A stretch of 63,926 nt of DNA, filler included, from Intoshia linei (taxonomy: Eukaryota; Animalia; Orthonectida), in the NCBI GenBank assembly GCA_001642005.1. It is 8 parts of 8 records of this genome, joined end to end, with 100 filler letters (N's around TTAATTAATTAA, not from the genome) between each part and the next. Parts side by side here need not be neighbours in the genome. Positions count along the whole stretch, not along the records: positions 17,654 to 31,363 come from LWCA01001003.1; positions 31,464 to 35,128 come from LWCA01002058.1; positions 35,229 to 45,175 come from LWCA01001323.1; 5 more parts are not named here. One strand, written 5' to 3'. A program made the translations under genes and the position numbers. Below the pieces are notes generated by a model. The model saw only the letters and a list, made by a program, of their open reading frames with translations, was not told the origin of the DNA and did no database searches. Positions 27,119-40,020 of the stretch are shown piece by piece; within the stretch, counting starts at the first letter, position 1, and every line of letters begins with the position of its first letter.

Positions 27119-30100
27119 TGTAATGTTTAGATGATATAAATATCTTAGATATAGGTTTATTCACAATAAAATATCTTTTAGACGATAATAGGATATAGTG
27201 TTGATATAGTAACATTAAGTTTAACATAACATCATTACACCTTCGCCCCAAGATATTACAAGGTGTAATCTTGTAATCTTAAAGGTTTCTTGAGTACGTT
27301 TTGGTCGCTGTTTGAAAAGAGGGAGGTGTTTTTCATTTATTGGGAGATTCGGAATATAATTTGAATTGTGGTGAGTGAGATTTTTGATCCTAAGGTTATG
27401 GTTTGCTTTATGCTTTGTAATGTTTGTCTATCAAAATTTGAATTAATATGCATTTCATATCCTAAAACAATAGAAGCAGGAGTTTGACCAGTTTTAGATG
27501 AAATAGTAGATCTCATAGTCATTAAAACATTGAAGTAGATTGTCCCAGTCATTATCTGAATCAAGACATCTAAAACACTCACGAATTGTACGAATTCGTC
27601 TTTCAACTACGCCATTTTGCCAATGTTGATATGGATGATAGTGGTGTTTTTTTATCCCAAACATTTCGCATGATTCAATTACTATTTTACTTTCCAACTG
27701 TTTTCCACAATCAAAGTGCATTTCAGATGGTGGGCCGTAGCGGCTAATAATATTTTTTAAAATGGCTTTTACAACAGAATATATACCGTAATTTCACTAA
27801 CAGCCTCGCATTCAACCCACCCTGAGTAATGATCATACATTACAATTACGTATTTATTTAATTGACTTGTTTCTTTCAATGGTCCCATTATATCATTATT
27901 GTTATCATTATGTTGCCATAATTGATTGAAATAAATAGATGTGACAATTTTGAAAGGATTAAATTTGCTATGATTCCTATTTTTTGATATATTGCATTGA
28001 TGGCATTTAGCAACATATTCTTTTACATCTCGGTACATGTATCTCCAAAAGTAATTTTTTTTTATATTGGCGTAAGTAGCATTAATACCAGGATGGACAA
28101 AAGCTTTCGAATCATGATAATATTTTATAACTATTTTTATAGCAGAATCAGAAACTAAAATCAACTTTTCATTATTTTTAACATAATATAGTGTTTCATT
28201 AACATTGGAAGTGAGGAATACATTTGTCTAATTTTCCCCCGTTGAATGTCATTTAGGCCGACAAACTTTATCGCTCAAGTAGAGTTATAATAACGAGATA
28301 AAACATCCGCGGTAAAGTTGAATTTTCCAGGTTTATAACATATTTCGTAATCTAATTTATCCAAATACAATACCCATCGAACTAACTCACTGAGAATATT
28401 TTTGGATGTTCTCATATAAACTAATGGATTGTGATCAGTATATATCTTAGTATGAAGACCACTGATATATCTCTTAAATTTATGACATGCTTTAACAATA
28501 GCCAAAAATTCTTTTTTTGTAGTACTGTCGTTTTTCTCAGTGTCAGTTAATTTATTGCTATAATACTCGATAACTCTACCATTTTGTAGCAAGACAGCTC
28601 CAATTCCAACATTAGCGGCATCTGTTTCGATAATAAAAGCTAAATTTTTCTCTGGAATAGTGAGTAAAAGTGCAGATTTTAATGATTTCTTTAGTGCAGT
28701 AAACGATTTTTCCTGTTCTTCATTCCAATGGAATTTAACATTGTTTTTCAATAACTTGGTCATCGGTTCTAAAATTTCTGTGAAGTGATTTATGAACCTC
28801 CAATCAAACACAAAAGAACACATACCTAAAAAACTGCGTAACTTTTTTTGGTTGTAGGTTTGATAATTAAATTAATAGTATCAGTTTTTGAGGGATCAAT
28901 TTTGATTCCGTTAGAGTTAACCATATGACCTAATATTTTTATTTCAGTTTTACCTATCATACATTTACTTGGTTTGACAGTTAAATTTGCTTTTCGTAAT
29001 GCGAACAATACATTGTTTAAATCTATCTTATGTTCTTTAACAGAATTTAAAGCTATAATGATGTCATCTAAGTAAACAATTACATTATTTATGCCTTTTA
29101 AAACTTTGTCCATAACACGTTGACATGTCACCGGTGCATTAGACAATCCTTAAGGCATAACGTTATATTGGTAAAATTTGTCTTCAAATGATGTAGAAAA
29201 TGCAGTTTTCCAACGATCTGATTTTTTTAAAGGAATTTGCCAAAATCAAGAATATCTGTTTATTTCCAAGAAAATCAATGCATTCCTTTAAATCAGGTGC
29301 AGGATATCTATCCTTAATAATTGTCCTGTTCAATTCTCTAAAATCTATAACCATTCTATAAGAACCATTTTTTGTTTTTACTAAAAAATATCATGAATTA
29401 AAACTACTAACACTGGGTTCGATTACATTCATTTTTAACGCATTATCTATAATTTCACAATGATTATCACGTTGGTTGATTGATATTGGAAATGGCTTTG
29501 CACTTTATAATATAGTACTAGGGTCTAATGATATGGAATTTTCATGTTTTAGCAAGACCCATATTATCACAAATAACATCTGGGTACATAGAAATAACAG
29601 AATTAACATAATTATTAGAATCAAAATTTTTATTTTTAATAGATCGATTAATGTTTATCAGTTTCAATCCAATGGCATCTGGGCATCCTATGATATTTTG
29701 AGTATTTGTAACATAACATTTCATTGAATCTAAGCCGTTTATAAGATATACTACCGTCTCATAAAATTTTAATTTTGTTCCATCTGCAGAAAGAAGGATG
29801 TTATTACTAGGTATTATAGGTACATTTTTAAATTTTTTTAACGAATTCTTATTTATAAAATTTACATGAGATTCAGAATCAATGATAAATAATAAAATTA
29901 CATTGAACTCATCATTTATAAATTCAAGAGGTTGTTCAATTTCACCAGATGTTTGTTTGTAAACTGCCCTTATCTGTTTGTTAGGCATCAATTTTCGATT
30001 CTCTAATCTGCAATATTTGGCTAAATGTCCTGTTTTATTGCAATTATGACATTGTAAATTTGTGTTATCATTGTAATTATTGAATATAAAATTAATTTTG

Positions 30101-30704
30101 GATGCAATTATTTAATATTTCTTTAGATCAAGTGAATCATTTGTACTTAATTCAGTTTCAATAGCCGCATTATTAATTCCAAATAGCAATTGGTCTTGAA
30201 TGCGTTCATCAATATCAATAAACTTACATTTGTTCGCATGTATATATAATCTGGACATAAATGTAGACGCTGATTCATAATTATGCCTAATGCATTGTTG
30301 AAATTTCTTTCTATTTGAGGAAATATTTTTTGACTTCCATGAAGTAGATTCTTTTTTATAACTACTAAAGGTTTTTACTTCTGAATTCTTTAGGCGATTC
30401 CGCGCCACTTTGCCAATACTTAATTTGAGAAGAGCTATTTTTTCACTTCTTCAATTTGGTCTTGGGTCAGCAAGTAAAGGTAAACTGTTCAATCCTATCG
30501 CATGAGTCAATATTGAAATTTCCCGAATCATTAATGCATGTGGGTAAATTCATTGAAAACTTTTCCATGGTTTAAAAATATTTTGTAATGTTTAGACAAT
30601 ATAAATATCTTAGATATAGGTTTATTCACAATAAAATATCTTTAAGACGATAATAGGATATATTGTTGCTATAGTAACATTAAGTTTAACATAACATCAT
30701 TACA
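27119..30704 (-). mobile_element. Full-length decayed Ty3/gypsy LTR retrotransposon (Mag-like)
   Basis: 121-bp LTRs 27119-27239 and 30584-30704 (TG...CA, 5 mismatches), 5-bp TSD AGTAT, polypurine tract GGGGCGAAGG next to the 3' LTR; frameshifted gag (IQDQLLFGIN, CCHC-like knuckle), protease (IIDSES), RT (YLDD), RNase H (TDAANVGIGAVLLQ) and integrase (HPG...CHQC, NGVVER). Confidence 0.95.
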
Positions 30705-32305
30705 AGTATATTAGGGAAATTGGGTAGAAATGACTTGTACAAATTTTTACAGGATAAAAATTAATTATTGCTTCGCCACTCATCACAATCAAATTTACGT
30801 TTCTTATATATAGTATAAAAATGTGGTGTTGGTTACACGTTATAATTCATTGTTAAAGTTTAACTTAAACAAATAAAATGGAACTTATATTATCAAGTTA
30901 TTATAATTTTTTAAACAATTTATTCTGTGTTAACTGATGTATTATGAAATTTAAAAATTATATACATTAAAATTATGAAACATTTGTTGTTTTTTATTTT
31001 ATTATTTATAAATTATTTTATTTTAATTTTGGTCCAAATTTTAAAATTCCATAAAAAATTACAAATTATGTTAAAAAACCTCCGTCTTTCGATTTGATAC
31101 GATTATTATTTTTAACTTAATTTTGTATAAAATGAATCTTTGCTTTTGTCACCCATTGGATTATCGTTTTAATTAATAATCGTCACTCGATTTTTATGGC
31201 TACCATTGAAATATTAATATTATACAAATTCTATAATATTAATTATCCTCTTGTTTGGTTGGCTATGGAAATTTAATGGAATCGAATTATTTTTTTTGCC
31301 TAATAGATAATTTCATTAATGGATGAACGTTTTAATTAATATTCGTCAATTAATTTTCATGGTNNNNNNNNNNNNNNNNNNNNNNNNNNNNNNNNNNNNN
31401 NNNNNNNTTAATTAATTAANNNNNNNNNNNNNNNNNNNNNNNNNNNNNNNNNNNNNNNNNNNNTTCTAATTGTTAAAAAATTAATATATAAATATTACTT
31501 ACTAATTTATTTGAAATTGACGGATAAATTTAATCTGATGGAATCAATTTAACTTAGCGGGACACGTTTCATAGTATAATGTTATTGAATATAACTTTAA
31601 CTTGGCGAAAATTGGANTTTAACTTGGCGAAAATTGGACTTTTGAATTGCTATGAAAATTGTTATACATTTCTAAAAGCGTGATTGGTTGTAATAAGTGT
31701 GATTTTGACTTAGCGCGATAGCACTGTAATTTAATATTATTGTTTAAAAAAAGGTTATCTTCATTTTATTAGAAATTTTTCTTTTGGACCACCTAGAATT
31801 TCCTGTAGACCACTTTGGGAACCACTGGCCTAGACAATTGCTAAATTATAATTTCAAAAATTCCACTTTTATCCCACCATTTATAGAATGTAATAATATT
31901 TAATAAAAAATACCATTTCAAGTCATTTATGTAAAAATCCCTTCTTCCGATTTTACAAAAAACATTGTGAATCGTAATCCTACCCCAAAATAAAAAACTA
32001 AAATTTTAGCAACCATGAAGGAAAAATTATTTTTTCCGAATACTTAGCATTGAAGCATTAAAAATTTTTGAGACTCACAAGCGTCATTGTATTCGATTTA
32101 CATTGTATAAATTAGTCATTTATATAGTTAAAAAAGTTTACTGGTACGAGTAGATGGACCCTTATACATAAACCAAATCAATCATCTTTAAAAAAATGTA
32201 GTTTTGACAATTTTTATAAAAATATATTTCTAAAGTGCCTTAAGGAGCCTCTTCAATTTGATACATTGGAATTTCAACGAATTTTGATTGATATGTCAAA
32301 GTTTG

Positions 32306-33769
32306 TTAAAACAAAAACCCAATTACACATATTTTTGCAACATTGCATAATAATAAAATACCAAGTAAATAATCGCCAGCTTTCATTCCACAACAATCAG
32401 CTATGGAATTAACATCAACTTTACCAATAGTCTCAGTCCATTGTTGTTCACTAAATACCAACTCAAATCCATAGGATGCATCCTGTCGAAAAAGCCGTAT
32501 ATTTTTAATGTAGGCAGTATTATCCGTCATTTGACTATCGACAGATTCAGTGACATTATTTGGATGGAGTACATTTTTAGACTCATCCGTAGATTGTGCA
32601 GATACAACATTATCATTAGATTCCTTGTCTTTATCATCAACATCATTTGTTTCGTGAATTTTAATGGTTGTTACAGATTTTCTAGCATACGGAATGGCTC
32701 CTTGACCAACGACATAAACTTTGACATCATCTTGAACTAGATTTACACTAGATGCTTGATTTGATGAGTTTTCATTAATTTTAACATTGTTTAAGCCATT
32801 AGTATCCTCAACAGGTACTTTAGTTTTATTACCCTTAACAATGGAAATAAGTTTATTAAATTTATTCTTATCAATCGATAAATTTTCTGGGAAACGTGAT
32901 TTGGAAGGATATTCACTGCAATATCCGTACAACCTCTCTATAGTGAAATTAAAAAAATGAAGGTACTGTAAAGTAGATAAATCACAAACAGAAAAATCTA
33001 CAGAATTTTCAACTGTATTCATTTCGTTAATTAAGACAGTATGTTTCATTTTGTCTGTATATTTATCTCGAACCTTTAAAAGAGAATAAAAATGTTTTAA
33101 GCCACTAATTTGAGCAGGTGAATTTTCTTCAATATGTGTAACAATCATTTTTTTAGTGTGAACTCGAAATCCGTATCCTTCATAAGAATCAATTTTGTCC
33201 AAAGTCAACTTTTCAATGTTGTAGGTAAAATCGCAATTTCCATATATCCCATATGGAAAATAATCTTGATTTACTGATTCCAAGTTTTGAACAAGTTGAT
33301 TAGAATACTTGTTTGCTAAAATAACAATCACAAATAAAAATATTATAATATATGTTACCTAAAATGTTTTCAATATTGGTACTATATTTCTTTAGAAACA
33401 GCAAAAATTCTGGTACAATACCAGTATCCAGCGCTAAAATAATTAGACTTTTAGTCTTTTTTATTTTTTCCACTACGTCTTGATATTTATCAAAAACTAC
33501 GTTGACACCATTGACGTGCAATACAAACTGTCCAGTAAATAAATGGGATCTAGCAGCCGGTGAGTCAGGGATAATTGATTCAACAATTTGAGTAAATCGA
33601 AGTGATGTAAATTTTAAATTAAAACCATAATTTTCATTACTATCACTTCTCTCCAAGTAATGTAGAGAACTTTTGGTAATGAAATATCTAAATTGTTATA
33701 CATTTCACATAAAAAACATCACCACCTGTATTTACTAAGAATGGATTCATCTTGTTTTTGTTTTTTCAT
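32306..33769 (-). CDS. Multi-PDZ scaffold protein (NHERF/PDZK1-like); 3' end uncertain
   Basis: Three PDZ carboxylate loops (NYGFNL, GYGFRV, SYGFEL) with SPAARSHL / SPAQISGL / SIADCCGMKAGD; short introns near 33690-33725 and 33316-33359. Confidence 0.78.
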
Positions 33770-35228
33770 TTTGATTAAGATTTTCCTAAAATAAATGCAA
33801 TGTTAATGAGCTCATTTAAGTTAATTAAGAAATTCTACACTAGGACTATTTATATGGCCCCATTTTGGATTATTTAATAAGAAAAAAAACAAATTTAAAA
33901 TCAATAAATACGTGACTGTTCTCAATCCTTCATAACATTATTTTACTCCATTTACCTGAAGTTTAATTTTTAAAGCAAAAATATTCGATATTATAGTTAT
34001 GGTATCTTTGTTTATGTTAGCCAAGGATAAAATGTTTATAAATTTAGTTAATCATTTTACGTAGTCGTATCAAAATATTTTTACAAAAGTTGATTTTTAT
34101 TTATTTTATAAAAATAAACTAAAAATATCAAAGTTGCCTTGATATAGAATCTATATCTTTTTATCATTTGATTCTATTTATAGTTTTTCTTTATTTAAAA
34201 TCATTCATCCTGTTAATTTCGATTATTCTGAACAATTGATATATTATGTATTTTTTCAATATTCTATCTATAGGTTCTGTTTTACATTTTTTATTTTTTT
34301 CTTTTTATCTTGATAATTCAGTCTATTTACAGATACATAACAATACATTCATTTTACAGTAATGTTAATGTATATTTACAATATTATTTATATATTTTTA
34401 TTTTTATCATGTTTTTTAGTAGTCTATAGAAAAATAATTGGTGCGAAAATCCAAAATTGGCAAATTCACTGTCAAAACCCAAATTAAGCAACAATTTGAA
34501 AAATTAAAAAACTACAATTGTAAATTGAGTGTTTAGACGTAAGATGCAAATTTCTGAGATTTAAAAGTAGACTAAAACAACTTGCAGTAAAATACAATTT
34601 ATGTTTTTTTAAATTCAAAGACTCTTTTTACTTTAAAAAAATAAAAGAATGATAATTCTTGATTATGATTTTTGAGCTTGAAGGACTCAATTTTTGAAAA
34701 TGAAATTTGCGATAAAACATCGCTCTCAAAAAACTGTATTGAACAATGCGTTTTGTTAATTTTAGTTTTAATTTTTTAATGAAACGGTAACAGACATTTA
34801 TCTTTTACTTATATAATATGCTACGCAATATTAGTTTGTGTGGGTGTGTGTGTTACCGTTTATTTCAATAACTACCAGTCTTAGAATTCTATTAAGTCCA
34901 CATTTCAATTACAGTTTTTTCCGGGGTGTTAGCAAAATAAATTTCAACCTCCCAAACTCATATTACGGGTTAAAATCCCAATTGTCCTTTTTTTTGAAAA
35001 TCAAACGAGTTCGAGAATTTAATTTAAAATAAAATATTAGAATTTAAAAAAATATATCTTCAGGGTCAAAACCTCAAATTACCCTTTTTTTTAATGAAAA
35101 CAGCCCTAGAATTTAAAAAAATTTACAGNNNNNNNNNNNNNNNNNNNNNNNNNNNNNNNNNNNNNNNNNNNNTTAATTAATTAANNNNNNNNNNNNNNNN
35201 NNNNNNNNNNNNNNNNNNNNNNNNNNNN

Positions 35229-35849
35229 CTCGATTAATTAAAAAAATTAATTACTCTAGAAAAAAAATAAAAAAACGGGCTTTAGTCGTCAATACTGAGA
35301 GGATCCATGATGCAAGAAGGTCATATTGTGACAAATTGGTACAATATGGAGCCAGAAAAATCCTATTTTTGGAAGAAGGTGGTTTTAATTTACATACCTC
35401 CATAAACTATGGATATTTACTTGTGAATACTGATCCAATTCTGTACCAACCTGCCTCGAAGGGTAAAAACATATCGATATCCAATAGCGGACTAGAGCAC
35501 TACCAGTTATGCGAGGGATCCTTTAATAGAGAAAAATTTCTTAAATTTTTGAATAATTGTAAAACCAATAATGTATTTGATAACAGACCAATCGTTGTTG
35601 AAGAGAGAAAACGTTGAACAAATATTTTTACCTCCATATAGCCCTGATTTGAATCCCATTGAGAACTTGTTCAGTGTGATAAAAGCACGACTGAACAATG
35701 TTCGTCTTAGGGCTCATAACAGAATACTACTGGTAGAGAACATACTACGTGTTCTCGAAGAAATTAAATGTGAAAGAAATATTTTTGTCAACATCTTTTT
35801 ATCTATTTGGCAGAAGGTTAATTTGGTGTTTCGAAGACAGGAGAATTAA
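35229..35849 (+). mobile_element. IS630/Tc1-type DDE transposase fragment
   Basis: ILFLEEGGFNL (degenerate DE-x-GFN), frameshift, then FLPPYSPDLNPIENLFSVIK. Confidence 0.85.
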
Positions 35850-37514
35850 AATTTATTACATTGTAGAAATAAATGTGTGTAATACAATCTTTTTATGTTT
35901 TGGAACTATCGTCATTCACTTTAATTTCTTAATATTTTCATTAAAATTTATATTTATGAAAAATAAATTTATATTCATGACAAACTCTGTATTTAAATTA
36001 AATATTATAAATATATGCTTTATTGCGTGAAAACATCAAATTAAATTAAAATTATACATCAAAATGAATAATCTTCATCTATAAAATCAACATGATATAA
36101 ACGACGAAATATATCTAGAAGATATAGGAAATATGGATTTATAGCATCTTGAGCATGACGATGATTTGATAGATCAAGTTAAAGAGTTAAAAGGTCTCAC
36201 CCCAAAATTCCGACGTAGAAAAAATGTTCAGAACCATCTTCAAAAATTCTCCTGAAAAGAAAATAAATACCAATATTATAATGGTACAGAATAATAATCA
36301 ACGTGAATTAGAGTAGAACAAATATGACTATGCCAAATTATTATTAAGGCGTATATTGATAAATGTGAAGATCAGATTAAAGAAGTTGAACATCTTCTCA
36401 CAACTGGATAATTATGATATTACCTATGAATTACTAACAGCACAGCCTAGATTTCCTTGGGTAACTCTTGATCCTAAGGTCTCTAACCAAGTACGCCTCA
36501 ATAGTGTCTTGGGAGGATAATATCTCCTTTACCAACATATGGTTCAGAAAATAAACCATTATCTTCGACATTCTAAAGCAACAGATAAGAATATAGCAGA
36601 TGACAAATTGATGACCTGGCTGATTACCAACGATTATCTCAAAATTATGGATGCATTGGATTCAGTACTATTATGAAGTAGAAGACTAGTATGAAGAAAC
36701 ATACACAAGCATATGCAATTATTATGTCCCTCAACTGGTATTTAGGAAATTCAACTAGTGTGTTGTTCGACCACCACGATTATCATCGCAACACAACCAA
36801 GCGGCATTAGCTCAATTAGACAAAGCACGTTGTGCTGACGTTGCAAAATATTACGTCACGGTAAAGAATGTACGCACATATACATTAAATGGTCCAACTG
36901 CCACACCATTACAGTATCGCCACCATATTCAACGGAAGTAGTTGACAAAGAATACCAAGCCTTACAATTTCTTAATGGAACGAAATATTTAAAATCAATA
37001 TGAAATCTAGTTTTATCTGATCTTTGTTTTGACCAGAAATAATTTTTTTTTATATTATTCGTTTCTAGTAAGAACTTGACCTAAAGATTTTGATTAAGTC
37101 TCTGAAATTTATCAAACAATGTATGTTAGGGTCAATGGGAAGATGAAGATTCACTGTATTCATTGGGTAACAACTATATCTTCATTATATCCCACAGCCT
37201 TTATAACATAACTATCATTAGTTACAGTTATAAAAATTATATCTACGACAAAATTTTTTATTTATAGGGGGAGTATATCGGAGTTAGTCGTAACTACACT
37301 CCTTCCTGTTATAAATCAAATTTCATCAAAAGATATTTTTCGATATTATTACATTCAATTTGTTCTACTTCATTTCATAATATATAGTTCTAGTTACCCT
37401 AATTACTTTGTTTCTTATTAAACTTATGAAAGTTACTTATGTTATGTTAAGTTACTTATGTTATGTTAAGTTACTTATTACTTATGAAATCTTATTTTTC
37501 TAATTATTTGTTAA

Positions 37515-38160
37515 TGTGGGGGAAGACCGACAGTATCAAAAAAGATACTAGCTCAAGGAGATAACCAAATTATATGCTTAACTTACAAAAGTCCAAGTAG
37601 ATTAGATAATGATTCATATGAACAAAAGACTAAATCAATAAAATTGAATGTCAAGACCATTATGCAATCGATAAAGAATGGAGCTTGTAAGTTAGATTTG
37701 CTAATAAAAGCAGATGAAACATAATGTTCCACTAACTTTCTAATATATGGAAAATATCATTTGTTCAGGGGTAGAATATTATGTCCTGAGTCAAAAACGA
37801 GTTTCAAGAGTCGGCTGTTTTTAAAATGACATGAAAATTAATATTTCAAATACAATTTATTCAATTGGTGCCGCCGCCTTACTATTGCTCAACATTCTTT
37901 ATTTTACCAAAGATCAATAGATCTTTTTTTATTATACGTAAATTCTTCACTTAGGCAAATATTGTTTTATAATCCTTCATTGATGGGGCCTAGCCTTATA
38001 TATTTAAAACATTGGAGTACATATCCAAGCACAGCCAAGAATAACAAATTTTAAATGAAGATTCTATTTGTAAATCCAGGAATAGGAGGGATGGCCTTAA
38101 CTAGATTCTTAATTCGGCAATTTCCGGATGGAATAACTGAATCACTCATTTTACGGTTCA
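37515..38160 (+). pseudogene. Endogenous viral element: rhabdovirus-like (Mononegavirales) L polymerase fragment
   Basis: KILAQGDNQIICLTY (GDNQ at 37557-37568), IMQSIKNGACKLDLLIKADET*CSTNFLIYGKYHLFRGRILCPESK, then after frameshifts VSRVGC, ISNTIYSIGAAALTIAQH and ILFVNPGIGGMALTRFLIRQFPDGITESL, in the same order as rhabdovirus L block III. Confidence 0.9.
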
Positions 38161-39214
38161 GAATGAAAGTTTCAAATTACGGAATTGGTGCCGTTCTCAG
38201 ACAAGGTTTACACACCATTCAATTTATCAGCAAATCTCTGAACGAAACTCGAATTAAATACTGCACCACTAACAACGAGTGGTTTGTGCAATCTTAAAAC
38301 TCAGAACATACTTACAAGGAAAAAAATTTACGGTAATCACAGACCACAAACCGTTAACAACAATTATGTCCTCGAATTCACTAACACATCAACAATTTAG
38401 ATACACTCAACTTCTCCAAGATTTTGACTTTGAAATAACATACAGACCTGGCAAACTTAATGTCACTGCCGACTATTTATCACGTAAACCTATCATCAAT
38501 GCAATTTCATTAACAAATAATAATCCATTTAAAATTAAGAAAAATCAATTTATGAATAAAACATTCTCTGAGTTAATTCGAAATATAAACTTTCAGGAAA
38601 ATTTAAACATTATGAACCCATTTCAATCTTTAAAAAACCAACTATGTATTTTAAAAGACAACCTTATCGGTAAAAAAATCAATAATAAAAACATAATACT
38701 TGTACACAAACTGTCAATATCCGAAATCATAAAATATTTTCATAATAATATCCAAAGCAACCATCCAGGCATTCAGAAAACCACCGAAAATATCAGGCAA
38801 CAGTACTATTGGTCTGGCATGTACAAAGATATAGCAACATGGATAATGAAATGTGAACGATGTAATTGTGGAAAATCTGGAAGAAAACTACATAACTTTC
38901 CGTTGAAGCAAATTAAAACGGAGAAATTCAATCAACTGTGGTAACGAGACTTCCTAGGCCCATTACAACAAAAGGATATGGGCAACAGATACATTTTGGT
39001 CATGATCGATCATTATAGTAACTGGGTGGAAGCAGTTCGAATGGCAAACATTACAGCTCAAAATTCAGTCGAAGCTGTTGTAAATAATATAATCTGTAGA
39101 TTTGGAATACCGAATCAAATACACACAGACAAAGCAACACAGTTCGAATTTCAATTATTTCAAGAAATTTGTCTCAAATGCGGAATATTAAAAACAAATA
39201 ACAATTATAATTAA
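38161..39214 (+). mobile_element. Ty3/gypsy pol fragment (RNase H + integrase), truncated at both ends
   Basis: SNYGIGAVLRQ, TDHKPL, YRPGKLNVTADYLSR, HPGIQKT...CERC, DFLGPL, IDHYSNWVEA, RFGIPNQIHTDKATQFE. Confidence 0.92.
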
Positions 39215-39261
39215 AAATAAAAAGGTTTATAATTTTTTAAAAGAGTATAAATTAAGTTATA

Positions 39262-39594
39262 ATGAAAACCGAAAATAAAGAAAAAAACAAGGAACATAAA
39301 GGAATCAGTTCATTATTGGCAGGAATAGGGGTATCTCGAGACTTTCAAAAAGGAGCAGATGCACGATTAAAAATATGGTATGATCAAGGAATTACCCCAG
39401 GGTTCAAGGAGGAAAATGGAAAAAGAGTTTACGACGAAGCGGGAAGCATTAAGTTAATAATTCCTCCTTTAGACTCATTAGCGTTGCCATATCATGAAAA
39501 GCTTTATCAAAGTAAAATCGAAATGGACTTAAAATACACTAAAAACTCCTCAGAGACAATCCCTCAATATCTCAAAATCTCAGAGACAAAATAG
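39262..39594 (+). CDS. Intronless orphan ORF (110 aa), origin unknown
   Basis: Open frame with ATG, more GC-rich than flanks, directly after the broken integrase. Confidence 0.35.
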   Translation: MKTENKEKNKEHKGISSLLAGIGVSRDFQKGADARLKIWYDQGITPGFKEENGKRVYDEAGSIKLIIPPLDSLALPYHEKLYQSKIEMDLKYTKNSSETIPQYLKISETK

Positions 39595-39639
39595 ATCCCT
39601 TAATTGTGGCTAGCTATATCTATTTACTCTCAAAAACGA

Positions 39640-39801
39640 AATTTGGCGACCTCGTTTGCTTCATAAAATGAATGATGACGATTATGATAGACGCATAGAA
39701 TTTTGTGAATAGTACAGCAACAACTCTATGAGAACATTAAAATTAGGAATAAAATAATTTGGACCAACGAAGTAAAGTTTAAGTTGAATGGCCACGTTAA
39801 C
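39640..39801 (+). mobile_element. mariner (rosa/DD41D-like) transposase fragment
   Basis: MNDDDYDRRIEFCE*...IIWTNEVKFKLNGHVN resembles the WSDEAxFxLNGxVN motif. Confidence 0.7.
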
Positions 39802-39909
39802 TTTGAAAACTTTGAAGATAAAATGGAATTCTTTTCATGCTTTTGTTTTGGATCATTAATGTACAATATTAAATAAAAGCTGTATTATTTTAAATTTTGT
39901 GTTCGTTAT

Positions 39910-40020
39910 TGTAATGATGTTGTTAAACTTACTGTTACTATAACAACAATATCCTATTATCGTCTTAAAGATATTTTATTGTGAATAAACCTATATCTAA
40001 GATATTTATATCATCTAAAC
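39910..40020 (+). mobile_element. Solo LTR of the 27119-30704 gypsy family, 3' tip replaced by a hAT end
   Basis: Near-identical to the reverse complement of the 121-bp LTR, ends at ...ATCTAAAC then CAGGGGTCGC. Confidence 0.9.

Noticed and set aside
37430-37490. 19-bp tandem repeat (AAGTTACTTATGTTATGTT) just upstream of the viral L fragment, considered as CRISPR-like
   Set aside because: Head-to-tail minisatellite with no unique spacers; eukaryotic context, no cas genes.
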